Shown piece by piece: positions 24,399-38,495 of a stretch of 64,000 bases of DNA (position 1 is its first letter; each line of letters starts with the position of its first letter). The stretch lies in NCBI RefSeq assembly GCF_036321535.1, contig NC_087437.1, positions 54,686,001-54,750,000 on the forward strand, written 5' to 3'. The stretch comes from Camelus dromedarius. Lineage: Eukaryota. The translations under genes were made by a program, and so were the position numbers. The notes under the pieces are model-generated. The model was not told the DNA's origin. It was given only the letters and a program-made list of their open reading frames with translations, and made no database searches.

Positions 24399-27300
24399 GT
24401 CTAGGGTCAGCGTTTGCCTTCCATTTTAATTGTGTTAGAATGATGCCAAGCAGCAAGTCCAGCCCTGGTGAAGAGCCCTTGGCCAGCATTGTGATGTTCA
24501 GAGTAATGGTTATTTAAACTACATGTTTTCTTGTTATGTGTCAGATAGATGCATCCTAAGATCCTGGCTTGAAATATAGGGAAATAAACATGAGGCATTT
24601 CCTCTTGTCTTGTCAGCAGTTTAGAAAAGGTGCCATAGTGTGTCCAGGAAGCCCTGAACTGGGCTCAGGAGAGTTGGGTCCACTTGGACATACACTGTTC
24701 TCACTCAGAGCCCCTTGTTTAGTGATGGGACTGCTTTAGATAATGTCATAAATTCCTTCTGACTGTAACATCTTGGAATTTACAGAAGGGGCCCCAGAAA
24801 TCATCCAGTCTAATCACTTTATTTCCAAGATTCAGTTGGAGAAAAAGAACATTGATAGACTTTCAGATTCTGTGTTCGGAAGCAATGTCCACAAAAGACT
24901 GTGTCCTGGTTTCTCATTTCAAAGTCTGGCCTTCCTAGAATGGCGTATGCGTAAAGACAGGTACACAGCTAAGTTCCAAAAAAGACACAATTTCTTACAC
25001 ACCACAGTTAGGGCAGAATTAAAATATAGAAACTCAGAAGAAAGGCTAATTTAATCGGATTTGGAAGGTTAAGGGCTGAAGGCTACAGTAGTCTAGGAGA
25101 AGAAAGCTTTTGGGGGAGAAAAAAAGGTTCATACATGGAGAAATTGATGAGAGTAGGACATTCAGGTAGACTAAACATTGTAAGTAGTGGAAGAATGGCA
25201 TCTCAGTTGCCTCCTCTGAGTTACGTTGTGTGACCTCTCTGAACTCACTGGTATGAGTTCAGTACGGTGAACCCAGTACAGTGGGTTGATTCCTACCCCC
25301 AACCCCACCCTGAAATTTTCTCCCCAACTAATATGTCCCCTTAATAATGACCCGTTGCCCACTGCCTAGTGATAAGGCGAAGTTTGATTACATAATACCT
25401 GCAAGGAACTAAGGAGTGCTGCTAAGAGACACATGCTCATATAAATACAAGGTGTTATTAACAACGTTTTCCCCCAGGAGTGGGGAAAGTTAAATAAGGA
25501 GTTGCAACCTATGATTTTTTTTTCTAAACAAATAATGCTTGAATATTTTTCTTTTTCTGTCTTTTTTTTTTTTTTCCTTCTTCTTCTTCTTCTTTTTCAG
25601 GCAGGACCTTATTTAGTTTGAGCTGATCTTTTTTTAGTGGTTTATAAACCATGGAAATACCCTGCACTATTGGGAATATTGGAAATAATGTTCTCAGTGA
25701 TGTCACTTTCTGAATGAGAGGTTTGGTTAAGTCAGTTAAGGGAATTAAGTGCAAAAGCCAGGATGAATCTGAGGACTTCATGCTTCTAATTTTGCTTCCA
25801 TTTTGTGCCTTTCCTTGAGGAAGCTCCAGACACTCACACATCTTACTCAACCATCCGATTCTCTGAAGTTTTCTTATTGGTGCAATGAGACAGAAAGGCG
25901 TATTGGTCTCTTGAAGTTCATTTACCGATCAGCTTTCTCTCCATAGGCCTCTTCTAGATTAACAATCCTACAGATTTTACTCCCCAGGCTTCCTCTGGCC
26001 CAAACTGAATATTAACAATTACAGGACTAAATAAAATTCCTTAATATTATGTGGGATTTTACATTCCAAGCATACATTCACAGCCATTATTGTATGTGAT
26101 CCTCAGAACTCTTCCCTGATAGGCAAAGGGTGGGGGAGACTCTTCTTGTTTCGTAGGTGACTAAGTTGAAGTATCCAGAGGTGATGTCATCTCATATCAC
26201 TCACCAACGAAGTTGTGGGACCAAGACCAGAATAACAGGACTCCTGACTCCTGAGCCAAGGGAGATTGGGCAGATCGTGGAAGGTCACTGGTGACATACA
26301 GTTCAGTTGATCTGTTTGAATACTTTTAATTTTGGATGGGGAAACTGAAGCTGAGAGAAATGGAGTTACTAGCATTTTGGAGATCGGTATACAGGAGCAG
26401 ATCTTTGGCTGCCTGTCTCCTGTGTCTGACAGTACCTCACAGAGTTAACTCTCTCCAGATCCTTTGTTCTGGTCACAGCAATGTACGGTGCTGGTATTAC
26501 TTGAGAAGTATGTGTGCATTTCACAATAACTCCTGTTTATGTTTGATATTTTTTATGTATAATTAATGCTCTTTTAAGCACTTATTTACTCAGGACCTAA
26601 TATCTGTCCAGTACCTTTAATTGCATTGGGGAAAAATAGCAGCAGAAACTTAAGCCCTGGGATTTAGATCTGAAAGGCTCTAAAGTGCTTGTGGTGAGAT
26701 TTAAAAAAAAAAAAAAGATGAGCCAATTAGAAAATAATCCAGACTTTAAGTTCAATAGGAATTTTGAGAAAGAGTGTATATTTCTAGGCCTGGATAGACA
26801 AAAGTAGGTGGGTTTTGAAGGTTGAATAGGTCTAGACTGGCTACGGGGTGAGCGATGGGGAGTGGGATGGTAGGTGGTAAACAGGCAGAAATGGGGTGGA
26901 GTGGGGTGGTCCGTTGGAATAGAGACCTGTGACTGTGATGGGAGTATGAGACGAGGCACCTCAGCCTGCAGGGGGTTCTGGTCTCCTAGGTGTGGAAGGG
27001 GTGATCAGAAAGAGGGCGGGTGAAGATGCTGCAGCCTTTCAGCCTGGAGCCTAAAACCACTGTGTGCATTAAGGGTGTAAACCCCTTGGAATTAGGGACC
27101 ACACCTCATCCAGCCATTGACACAGCCACTCACACAGTAATAATTAGAAATTAAGATGATGCTCTTTGATGTGAGCACCCTTCCTAAATGGCACTTGAGG
27201 CTGCTGATGAACGCAACTTAGGCACGCTGCTTCTTCCGTGGGCTTCAGGCCTAGATGGATCTGGGAGGATATGAGAGCTTCCGTTCCAAAGTGCCTGCAT

Positions 27301-28334
27301 TTGAGTGACATGCCAAGTAATGCCTGGATTTAGTTTTGGGAGTACTTGTGTATCCTTCAGAAGGGAAAGTTCCTGCTATTAGGATAATTTGTTATGCACT
27401 TGAAGTTTTCTAATGCATTTCAATCATATAAATCCTTCTTAAGATATTCTTTTCTTCATGGACTTTAGGTAAATTTGGAGATTTTTCATGTATGTTTAAA
27501 AATGTGCACACGTTTTTCCTAAGAACGAGAAAAATAAATTCATTAAAAGATATACCCACAATCCTGCCTCCCTAACACATCAGCCCTATCTATGTACCGA
27601 TTTAGGCTTCAGCAGTATGGGTCTCTAGTTTTTAATAGTGCATAATCAGGAGAGACACAATTTTGCATCTTTTTTTTTTCACTTAATGTTATAGAATAAG
27701 AATTTCCTCTACCGTATTTAGCAACGGCATTACAGTCCTTGAAGTAGGTACTTGAAGTAGCAGAATTCATCCAGGTATTGCCACTGTCATATGTGTTACT
27801 TCCAGCGTTCTCTGTTAGAGAACATAGTGATGGTCTTTGTGGCTCCAGCGTTTTGAGGAGACACCATGTTGAAGAAATTGGGAACATATTTATGACTAGC
27901 TTGTTACTAGTACTTGCTAAAATATCCCTTTAATTAAATTCCATCCTGCAGTAAGTGCAACAGCTGCAGTGAAGTACTTAGGGGCCAGAAAGGATGTTTG
28001 GAACTGGCTAGTTTAGACCATTTTTATGTGTTTGAGGTGGGTGAGGATGGGATGGACAGGTTGTTTCCTTAGCCACACGTACTGAATTTAAATAGGCAAT
28101 GGAGGCAAAGCAAACACAACGAGGGAAAAGTGGTCCAACTAGACTGCTTGGATATAATGTCCTTTGGGGCTGGAGCATGTGGTTCATTGTAGTCAGGACG
28201 GCAGGGCACAGTGATGGGTCTTAAGTGAGTGAGCAGACAGAGGCCAGTTGGCACGGAAGACCAGGGTTATAGCTGTGCAGCTGAGTCTGTTCCTGTGAAG
28301 AAAAGCCCCCCTCTTGCAAAGTGGGGTAAAAGTA

Positions 28335-28570
28335 ATAATGAGAATAATAGTAAAATTTCTGAAGTGTTATAGTCCAGATACTGTTTTAAGCATCTCCTAA
28401 TTACACATATATTGCTCATTTCATCCCCATATGAGATAGTGCTGTTATTCATTTCCATTTGTTGGATGTGGAAACTGAAGCACAGAGGCGTGAAATAACT
28501 TGCTGTAAGTCACATAGTTATTACGTTGTAGAACTAGGCTGAACCCGGGCATTCTGGTTCCAGAGCGTGT
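28335..28570 (-). mobile_element. MIR
   Basis: MIR core gatgtggaaactgaagcacagaggcgtgaaataacttgctgtaagtcacatag...gaacccgggcattctggttccagagc. Confidence 0.75.
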
Positions 28571-30229
28571 ACGCGTGGGGATGACGCTGCGAGGCTGTGA
28601 AGTAATGAAGCTCTGAAGGCAGATGGGTTATGCCTTTAGAGTAGGGCTAGAATCCCTTAGGTTTTTAAACCTATTGGATTGACCTGAGGTTCTCAGCACT
28701 TTCTGAGGCTAATCTCTTTGCCTGAATGCCGATATAACCTGCAAACAATGTGAAGAGAGTTAGCCACAACAGTGAGCAGAGTTCAAGACATTTATTATAG
28801 TTATTATCTCCTGTATTTAGTTCTTTGTTTCTTAGGGAATATGAATCTGGAACATAGTGGCAGGTGCCCATTAAAGACCTATTAACTTAAGGTTTGAAGG
28901 AAGGAATGAATGGATAAATGAATTATTTAATGTGTATGTCTATTTCTTGGAGGTCTCATCTTGACTTCAGAAACTTGGTTTAACTGTAATTAGCCCAGAG
29001 TCATTTTTTGCTAAAGCAAAATCTTCATGTAGGATTAAAAGTGTAGGATTGAAAGATAACCCTGCCAACTGTGAAAAGATGCTGTTAACTCGTTTCAAAA
29101 TGTGTTAGTTAGTTTGATTTATTGTTATCTTTTTCTGATAAAGAAAGGGAGTAGTCTCCCCAAAAGTTTAGTGATTAAGTCACCAGCCGTCTTTTCTATT
29201 TTGGTAGTTGTGGTAATTGATGTTTCCTGGAAATTTTCCCCCCGTTCTATTAATACTGTCAAAGGGGGTTACAGCCATGAGTCACTTCAGGAAGTCAACC
29301 ATCATTCGCTTCCTCAATCTCACCAAACAGTCCCCATGTACAAAATCAACGACTTCTGCAAATGAGTTATTTTCTAGCTCTCAAGAAAGTTCTAGATAAT
29401 GCAGCTTTTGTGGTTCACTCTGTACTTCCTGCCATAATGGGGAATAAAACAAAAGTTCATGTTTTGCTTCTTGGTATTCTTCAAATCACTGACCAGTTGG
29501 GTCACCGGTGTGGTCTCTCGGTTAGAGAACTCCCACCTGCTGTCTAGCAAAAGTCCCTTGGCACTCATGTTTGCAAAGCTACACCCGGGTACAGAGGCTT
29601 TAGCAGTCAGGGAACTTGAGTTCATGAACTCCAGCACGGTCTGTACTTCTTAACAGCGTACACCCAGCTTTATGTTATTGTAGTCCGTCATTTGCTCTCT
29701 TTTTAATTAATTAAGACATTAATTCATTCAACCCCTATTTCCATATTTCTTGAGCATGACTATGTACGAGACACCACCTTAGGCATGAAGATACAGTACA
29801 GACACCACCTGTCCTCAGGAAGCTTCCAGCCTCCTTACTGTGAACCGTACTACTGAACCACCCACCCAGGGAACAGACGTGGAGAATACATAGCCCATAG
29901 GCTTATCCTTAAGAAATCAAGCCCCACTGACATATCTAAAGTTGTCAAGAGTAAGGCTATTCATTTAATTCTGTAAGTTTTTCTGCCTGGGAATCATCTC
30001 ATTGCTGCCCTACTCCAACCCCGTCCACATATATATATAAACAGCGAGGTGGAACTTAACTGTGCATTTCTTGTGGCACTTAACATTTCCTACCTTGGAT
30101 TATAGTGATTTATGCTCATGTCTTAGCTTTGCTGCAGATTCTGTGGGTAGAAGCAGTGTGTGACTCATTGCTGGACCAAGGATGTCTCCCTTTTGACTTT
30201 CCCCCTCCCCCACCTCTCCTGGCCTCCTA

Positions 30230-30450
30230 GCATCGTGTGGGATAAGTGGTGTTGTACAGTATGTTTGTTCAGTGCTAGCTGTGTGATTTTAGCAAGTCAG
30301 TGGACTTCTCTGAATCTCAGTGTTCTCTTCTATGAAAAAGAGGATAATGTTCCCTACTTCCCAAGTTGTTGTGAAGGTTGGGTACTGTATCAAAAGTTCT
30401 TTTAATACTGTCTGGCACGTTGTAAGCACTTGCTAAGTGTTATCGTGAAT
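30230..30450 (+). mobile_element. MIR
   Basis: tagctgtgtgattttagcaagtca...ttctctgaatctcagtgttctcttctatgaaaaagaggataat...ctggcacgttgtaagcactt. Confidence 0.7.
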
Positions 30451-33400
30451 AAATGACTTTACTGCTGCTTATCAAGTGCTAGCATTTCCTTCTAGGATTT
30501 TCTTGCAGTTCTTTGTGATTGATAGAGGAGAGACGCAGTCGAGGGTTTTACGTCAGCCTTCTTTATATAGGAAACTAGATGTAAATGTACTGTTTCGGTT
30601 GTGTACATCTCGTATTCTTGTATGATTGCTGACGAAACATCAGGTGAAAATTATGCTAGCATTGCCCCTCCATGTCAGTTCATGGTGTCATTGAAATCTC
30701 AGGATTTTTCCAGATACTTATTGCTGACAGCAGTTTTATAAGAGGTTATGTTAATTGGTGCCATCATCTCGTGGTGCAGCTTGACCTTTGAGGTTTGACT
30801 CAGGCCCTTGGTCCTTCGCCCTTTGTTTATTCTTGCTGTGAGCAGGGGAGTCAGGCAGAAAATCTTCAACATCCTGTTACCTCCCTCTCCCATCTCCTGC
30901 TGCCAGAGAAAATGTAAGGAAGAACAAGAGAGTGACTGAATAATTGCTGTGATGAAAAAGATGTGTAACATAATGTGAAATCCAACTATATACATAATAT
31001 ATATAAATATGTGTATATATATGAGTATATGTGTATATTTCATGTGTCTGTATATATCTCAGACTTTGGGGTTGACATATTTCTGTGTACCCGCAATATG
31101 CACTTTCCAAAATGTGTTTATACTCCACCGTCATTGAATCCTTGCACATCAACCCTGTCAAGTTGTCACAGAGGAGGTTATGGTCTCCCTCTTACAGGCT
31201 GGAAGTTCAGAGTCAGCATCTAGTGTGTCCTAAGCTGAACCCAGAGTTTCGAAGTGTCCTGAGACAGGTGTAATCTTTTACCATGTTGTGTATCAGAATA
31301 TATCAGAGGACAATTTGGAAGCATGGATGTAGGCTGAAGTTGAACATTTACTTCTTCTTTTGTAATGTGGCTTAAGTTCCTGATCAAAATAAAACTGCAG
31401 TGAAGCTGTATGTGCCATGATTTAGGGGCCTTCATACTCCTTTTCTTATTTTTAACAGTTGCTCTGTGTTCTGATGATCGGTCCCCAGAAGGTTCAGTGT
31501 TCGAGTTGAGTGGATGTTTTCAAATCCTCTTAGATGTTTCCATCACAGCACTTGCCACAGTCTCTAACTGCTTATGCGTGCAGTTATTTGATCACTGCCC
31601 AGACTCAACTGTAAACTCCACAGGGACACGACTGCATCTTAGGGGTCTGAGCACAGTGGGTGACAGGCAGTAGGTGCTTGATAAATAACTGTTTGGTGAA
31701 TGAATGGAGAAATGACTGAGTGAGATGGATACACGCGTCCTGAATCCAGAATGTTAGTGCTACAAGGAACCTTTGAAATATTTAAGTTCAACTTAATAAA
31801 ATATTACTAAAACCCTCCTCTGTTCCAACCACTGACATAGATGCTTTGCAGTTTAAATTGAGATATAAGACATGATTTCCATCCTCAAAAAATAATAATT
31901 TATGGGAGGGGGGCGTTAAAAATACGTGAAATGAATTCTAGCAGAGCTCCAGGCAAAGCCTGCTGGGAATAGCAGAGAGCAGTAAGATACAACTTCTCAT
32001 CAGGGACACGGGGCAAGGCTTCCTGGAGATGTATTTCATCTGGACCTTTGTGAATGGGAACAATGTTAGGAAAGAACGGTATGTTTAGTTAATGGGTCAT
32101 GGGGATGAGTCACTAGATCATAATGGAGGGATGATCAGGGTTCAGAGTGACTATGCAAAGTTAAAATGTGTTCGTTATTCTTTCTCTCTCTCTCTCTTTT
32201 TTTAAACAATTATTCTGTTTCTTTAAGCCCTCTCTTAACTGCCCACACCATTCTCCCCTTCTCTCCCTCTGTCTTCCTTGCCACAGTCAGATACTTAGGT
32301 TGTTCGTATATTAACATGACAGGTGGGTGTCCTGGACAGCAACACACTTTCTGTAATTTGTAGCATGAGGCCAAGTGAGGTGCTTCCTGAAGTAGGTTGC
32401 TTTTCTCGCTCAGACTATTATGTGGCTATGGCTTCAGTTCATACTTTCACTGTGCAGTTTCCCAAACTTCCGACTCAAGCTCTGTGTATGCAGTTTTTTA
32501 TACAAGCCCCCTTTTTAATGGAAACTGCTCTGCCAAGACGCCTAGTGTTTTTTACTGTCGTATGTCAAACTGAGGTGTTTTGTCTTGAGGATGTCACCTG
32601 GCTTTCCAAAGCAGCGGAGCATCCGAGTAACTCTAGAGGAGCTCCCACTGGCTCCCAGGGCCTCCTTGCTTCTGAACACAATGAAGGGGTTCATGTGTCC
32701 GTAAAACCATTTTGGAGATGACAAAAGGCGCTCTAAGAATGATACAGTTTTCTCCTGTTTCAAAGGCAGGCTGGAGGCCAGTGGATAAGTCATGAAAGCA
32801 TGTTTGTGATCTGTCCTCTCAGAACTTGATTTTCACTACTTGAACTTGATTTTCCGTGCGTTTATGACCGATGATCCTGTACACAAAGGAATGCATATTC
32901 CTTGCTGAAAGTAGAAGAAGCCATTTCCATACTTGGGCTCCACGTTCTGCTTCATTCACTTACCCCTATCTCGACAACAGAAGCAGCGATCCCCGTTTGC
33001 TACTGAAAATATTGTAAGCAAAGTGGAAAAGCAAAAGGCAAGTTCTCACTGGTGCTGTTATTTAGTGCAGTATCATATGGAAAAACGAAGTATGGCCTGC
33101 TTTTGAGTCCTGGTTTTGTCACCTGCAGGCTCTGTGACAAGGGAGAGGTCGCTTACCCTACTGAAGTCGGTTTCCTGATTTATTAGACGAGGGTAAACAG
33201 TATGTTTCAGATGTTCAATATAGTTCAAATGGTAGTTGTGTGCAGAAGTGGGTTGTAAATTTCAAGTGAGCTGAACGCAGATGAAGGGCTGTTATCTTTT
33301 CGCTCCCTGGCTAAGGAGAAAATGGTAGAAATGGTCTTATGTACCTTTCTCTGCTATTTTGACTTCAGCAGCATAGAGAGCGTCAGAACTCCTTTTGCTG

Positions 33401-35172
33401 ACATTCCTAATTAGCAATGCCGAATCTCAGCCTTGTATCAACCCTCCCTATCCTTAAGATGGAAACAAGTGTTCCTGTTATAGCTCTACCATGTGCATGA
33501 CAGGAAAGAATCGTGTTGCCATCAGAACCTTAATTTATCAATCTTACTGACTTAAATTTTAAATTTGCCAGCTTAAGATGATTCATTAACAAAAGTATTT
33601 TTTTTCAAGCCTTAGCTTTTCTCCAGGGAACAAAAGGCAGTGGCTCACTCTCGCACTTTTAATAAGCTCTCATTCAGCAAAGGATGGTGTGCCCTTAATT
33701 TTGTCAGCATGTGTATAAAGGATGTACTTTAAGTAGAGATTCTTCCCTCTGCAAATACAGTGCATAATTTTTCAAATACGCCTTTAAATCCGCCTCAAAC
33801 CTGTTCAGAATATGAGTTTTTCCTTCCTTCATGAAAATGTTCCAATGTGGAAATTTTGTCTTTAGAAATTCAGACATTTTTCAGTTCTTTTGAAGAGAAC
33901 AACTAAATGATTTCAATTCTTTAAACTACAAGGATGACATGTTTTAAACCTGTAGAGCATTGATGAGGTTGAGCCGTATTCTTCTGATAATACAAATAAT
34001 CCATTTATATCTGTGTGGTTTGAATGTATATCTATGCAAGTATATCTTGAAAAGATAAGTGGCAGAGAGGAAAATTTTGAGAAATTAAGATACAATGATG
34101 GACAAAATAGTCTTGTCACTTTAGCTATGCATCGAAATCCTAAATTTGAAATCAAAAGATTGTGTCTGCTTCTTTGATTACCTATTAAATAGGAAAATAT
34201 ATCTGTTATACTCAAACTAGATTGTTCTCAGGATTTTGTGAAAGAAAAGATGCAAGCATAAATTCATTATGAAAAAGAAAAAAAAAAACATTAATCCATT
34301 TATTTATCAGGCTATGTCTGAGAACCCGTTATGCACCAGGCACTACTGTTTTAGGATTGGGAATAAGCAATGAGCAAAGTTCTTGCCCTCCTGGATTTTA
34401 CATTGTCAAAAGGAGGAGGACCGACTGTAAAGAAATAAATGATAATGGCTCAAGTGGTGAAAATCTCCTCACACACACGTAACACACACAGTGTGCTACG
34501 CCTCAGTGCAAGAAGACAAAGAATGCCTCAGTCATTTGTGATATAGAATAGATGTGATGGTTTGCCATCAGTTCCATCATCCCTTAGGGCCTCTCTTCTT
34601 GTAATGAATTACTTCATTTGTTCCTTCCATGACCCATCTAGTGAGGAGTGGGAGTTGTCTACCACCTTGGCACCTACTACTTTTAGTTTTCAGTAGAAAC
34701 AGCTTTCTCATACTCTGCTTCAAGGTAGTGACCCTGCACGTGTGTTTTGTGCTTAATAATTTCAGGAGAGTCCTGTCCACAATACTTACCTTAAAAAGGC
34801 TTATGGGGTACCACTGAAATGACTAGAATCAGCTCTCTTTAGTAAGCACCCTGGGATCATCGCATCATTTGAAGTCAGCCTACAGATTTGGCTTCCCTCT
34901 GCTACTCAAATCTCACCTGGCCTTTATGAACCAGTGAAAGTAGCAGGTGGCGTTTGGCTTTTAGTTTTTCTGAAATATGTCTCTTTCTGCTACTCTCCAG
35001 GCTCTGTGCCAGTGGGCTATCAGGTCAACACTTCATGAGATGGACCACAGATCATTTCAGCTCTTTCTTTGTCAAAGTTTCTTTGTAACCTGTTGGTTAC
35101 TGGGGATGACATTTTACTTCTCTACCTTTAACTCCACTGCTTCTACAACGCATCTGAAAGCTTCTTTGGGTG

Positions 35173-35696
<524 letters not shown>

Positions 35697-36752
35697 AGTT
35701 TGTTGTTTGTCTTTTTAATAATCTGGGCCCACTCTGTTTTTCTAACCTCATTTGTCTGAACTTTCCTAATTTTTTACACTGATGAAGATACTGGGCTTGT
35801 TCAAACCTTGTCAGTTTCTCTCATTGTGCTGCATCCTTGCCATTCTCCAGGTCCCATCTCCCCTTCTCCGTCTTCAAAACCCTCTGCTTGCTAACAGTTA
35901 TGTTCTCCAAATGACAGTGAGGTAGTGGTCCAGAGTAGGGCTGGACAGTTTTTATTGCTTTTTTATTTTTAACATTTCTTCCATGCCCCTTTTCACCCTA
36001 GTTATCATTCCTAAGCTTTCTAGAAATGCCACAGAATGTCACAGAACTGCTGAACTGCTGTTTTCATGGTGGTTTTCTGAACTGCAGATGCAGGTGGTCA
36101 CATGACTCATGGAGGAATAGATGGTCTCTCTCCTTTGGTTGTTGGCCTCAAAGAGGCTTTCTGAAGCACGGAGCCATGGGTGCTTCAGAAAGCTCGAAGT
36201 GGTGTTATGCCCTGATTCTTTTGGGCGGAGAACTGTATAAAGTCTTGAGAAAAAGTGGACGATCATCTGGGCCATCAACCCTGGCTATACCTTAGCATCA
36301 GGAATAGAGCTTTTATGAACTGTAAGTGGGAGGGCTTCTCCCTCCAGAGATTCTGATTTAATTAATCTGATTGAATTGTTCCGCATCAGTGCTTTATAAA
36401 AATTTCTCATATGATTCTGTGAAACCAGGTTTGAGAAACCCTTGAGTTTATCTCACCATCTGGTTTCACAGGTCCAGAGTGAAGGTGACTTGTCCAGGCT
36501 CCCACAGCAGTATGACCGTAGAGTAAGGACAAGAACTCTGTCTCCTGAGTTACAGTCAGCACTGTTTTTTACTGCATCTACTACCATTTACTCTCATTTG
36601 GTGAGTCAGGTTGTCTACTCTGGGACTGGGTGATGGAGAGAATTCCCGAGCCTCCACCACACAGGAGAATAGACTGCAGGTTGTTCAGTGCTCCAACTAT
36701 ACAGCGCTATAAATAGGGAGAGTTTGTGGGCTGTTGACTCAAGATGTAAGGG

Positions 36753-36888
36753 AGCTCATGGTGAAAAAAAAATGTGACAGTGAATATATATATGTTCATA
36801 TATAACTGAAAAATTGTGCTCTACACTAGAATTTGACACAACATTGTAAAATGACTATTAACTCAATAAAAAAAAATGTTAAAAAAAA
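36753..36888 (+). mobile_element. Young 5'-truncated L1 3' end with poly(A) and perfect 12-bp TSD
   Basis: ...ttgacacaacattgtaaaatgactattaactcaataaaaaaaaatgttaaaaaaaaaa. TSD aagatgtaaggg at 36741-36752 and 36889-36900. Confidence 0.9.
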
Positions 36889-38234
36889 AAGATGTAAGGG
36901 GAATCTGGATGACTGAGTATATAAAGACTTCCAAGGAGTGGTTCATAGGATTTAGCTTTAGGGTTTGATACTTCAAAATATGTGATGTGTTCATAAGAGG
37001 TATTTGTGGTATATTGTAAAAATATTGGATTTTTTGACAAATATTTTGGGTGGGTTCAAGTTATGATTCTGGCTTTTTGAGGTCTGGGAACTTGGACAGA
37101 CTCTGTTTCTTTTGAGCTTTCCATTTCCTTTTCTTTATAATGGATGTAAAATTCCTTTCTCCCCGGGTTTTAGGAAGTTTCCTTGAGATGACATGTGAAA
37201 GTTGACAGATGATAGATACTCAAGCAGTGTTGATTGATTTGGGAGTAAGGCAGGTCTGTCGAACACTTGGCAGCAGGACTAAGTGTGTGGCCAAATCCCA
37301 AGGGTGTTTCAGTTTTGTCTAGGACATTCCCTGGGACTTGTACGGATAAGTCTCACCTCTTGAAACATGCCTGGCATGTGGTGCCAATGGGAGGAAGCAA
37401 CTGAAACTCTGAGGCAACAGAATCTCCTCCAACATTTATATCACAAGTGCATTTTGCACTGTTTCTTAGTATAGCTGAGGCTTTTTATGTTCATAAAGAG
37501 CTCAGTGAGTCCTAGAATCATGCACTTCTTAGCGAGTTCAGCCTCCTGTCTAGAACTTGTATGGATAAATGTTTGCATAGACGCTGTTTGCACATCCAAG
37601 GTGATAAGTGATTCATTACTCCCGGGAGCCTGTTTATTTGTTGGGTGAATCATGTGCTGGAAACATGTTTCTTTTACTGGGTCCTTCCTTCTTAAATCTT
37701 TTGCCTTCTGAGTTAACATAGAGCAAATCTGCTCTCTTTTCCACTTCAGGGACTGTCTTAGTCAAGAACTATGAAGTAGGAAGAAACAGAAACTAACTCA
37801 CACTAGCCAAGGGACGGTTGGTTTGCCGTATGCTAGAAAATCCAAGCGGTACAGAGCCACGGAGGTGGCGACACCATAGTAGCTCTGGGGTCCTTGGAAA
37901 CCGGGATTTCAAGACTTTCACTCTACTGCACTTCTGTTGCCTGACGCCATGAGTATCTCTGCTCTTTCCTCCTCATATACATCAGATCCTTTAGACTGGA
38001 TTAACTGTATGACTCCGAGGATGGTACATTTTCATGACTAGTCCCTGAAGAGCCCCTCTCTTGTTTTGTTTTTATTTTTATTTATTTTTATTTATTTATT
38101 TTCATTTTTTTCTTTTCCTCATCCTTCATCCTCATTCCCATTTCTCTTCCACCCCATGGATTCTTGCTTTAACATGCTTGGACTAGTCCTTATGTACACA
38201 AGAATCTTTAGAAATATATAGTATTTTAATTTAC

Positions 38235-38495
38235 CTAATAATAATGCCTAACGTTTATTATCCATTTCCCACATGCTAAGCTCTGTTCCAAGTCCTTTTC
38301 AGGTACTAACTCTAGTAATTTTCACAATAAATTCTAAAAGGCAGGGACTATTATCATATGTGTTTTATAGATTAGAAAACTGAGCATAGAGAAGTTACCT
38401 TTCCCAGAGTCACATAGCTGGCAAATTAGTAGCTAAGCCAGGATCAAACCCAAGCACTCTGACTCTGCACATCTCCCTCTTGGCTACTCTGCCTA
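38235..38495 (-). mobile_element. MIR
   Basis: ttttatagattagaaaactgagcatagagaagtt...cccagagtcacatagctggcaa...ggattcaaacccaagcactctgactc. Confidence 0.75.

Noticed and set aside
14088..32854. Small direct repeats (aagcagtgaa x2 at about 14088; ggcaggacaagag x2 at about 15512; gaacttgattttc x2 at about 32822)
   Set aside because: Ordinary slippage duplications. No array structure, not CRISPR-like.
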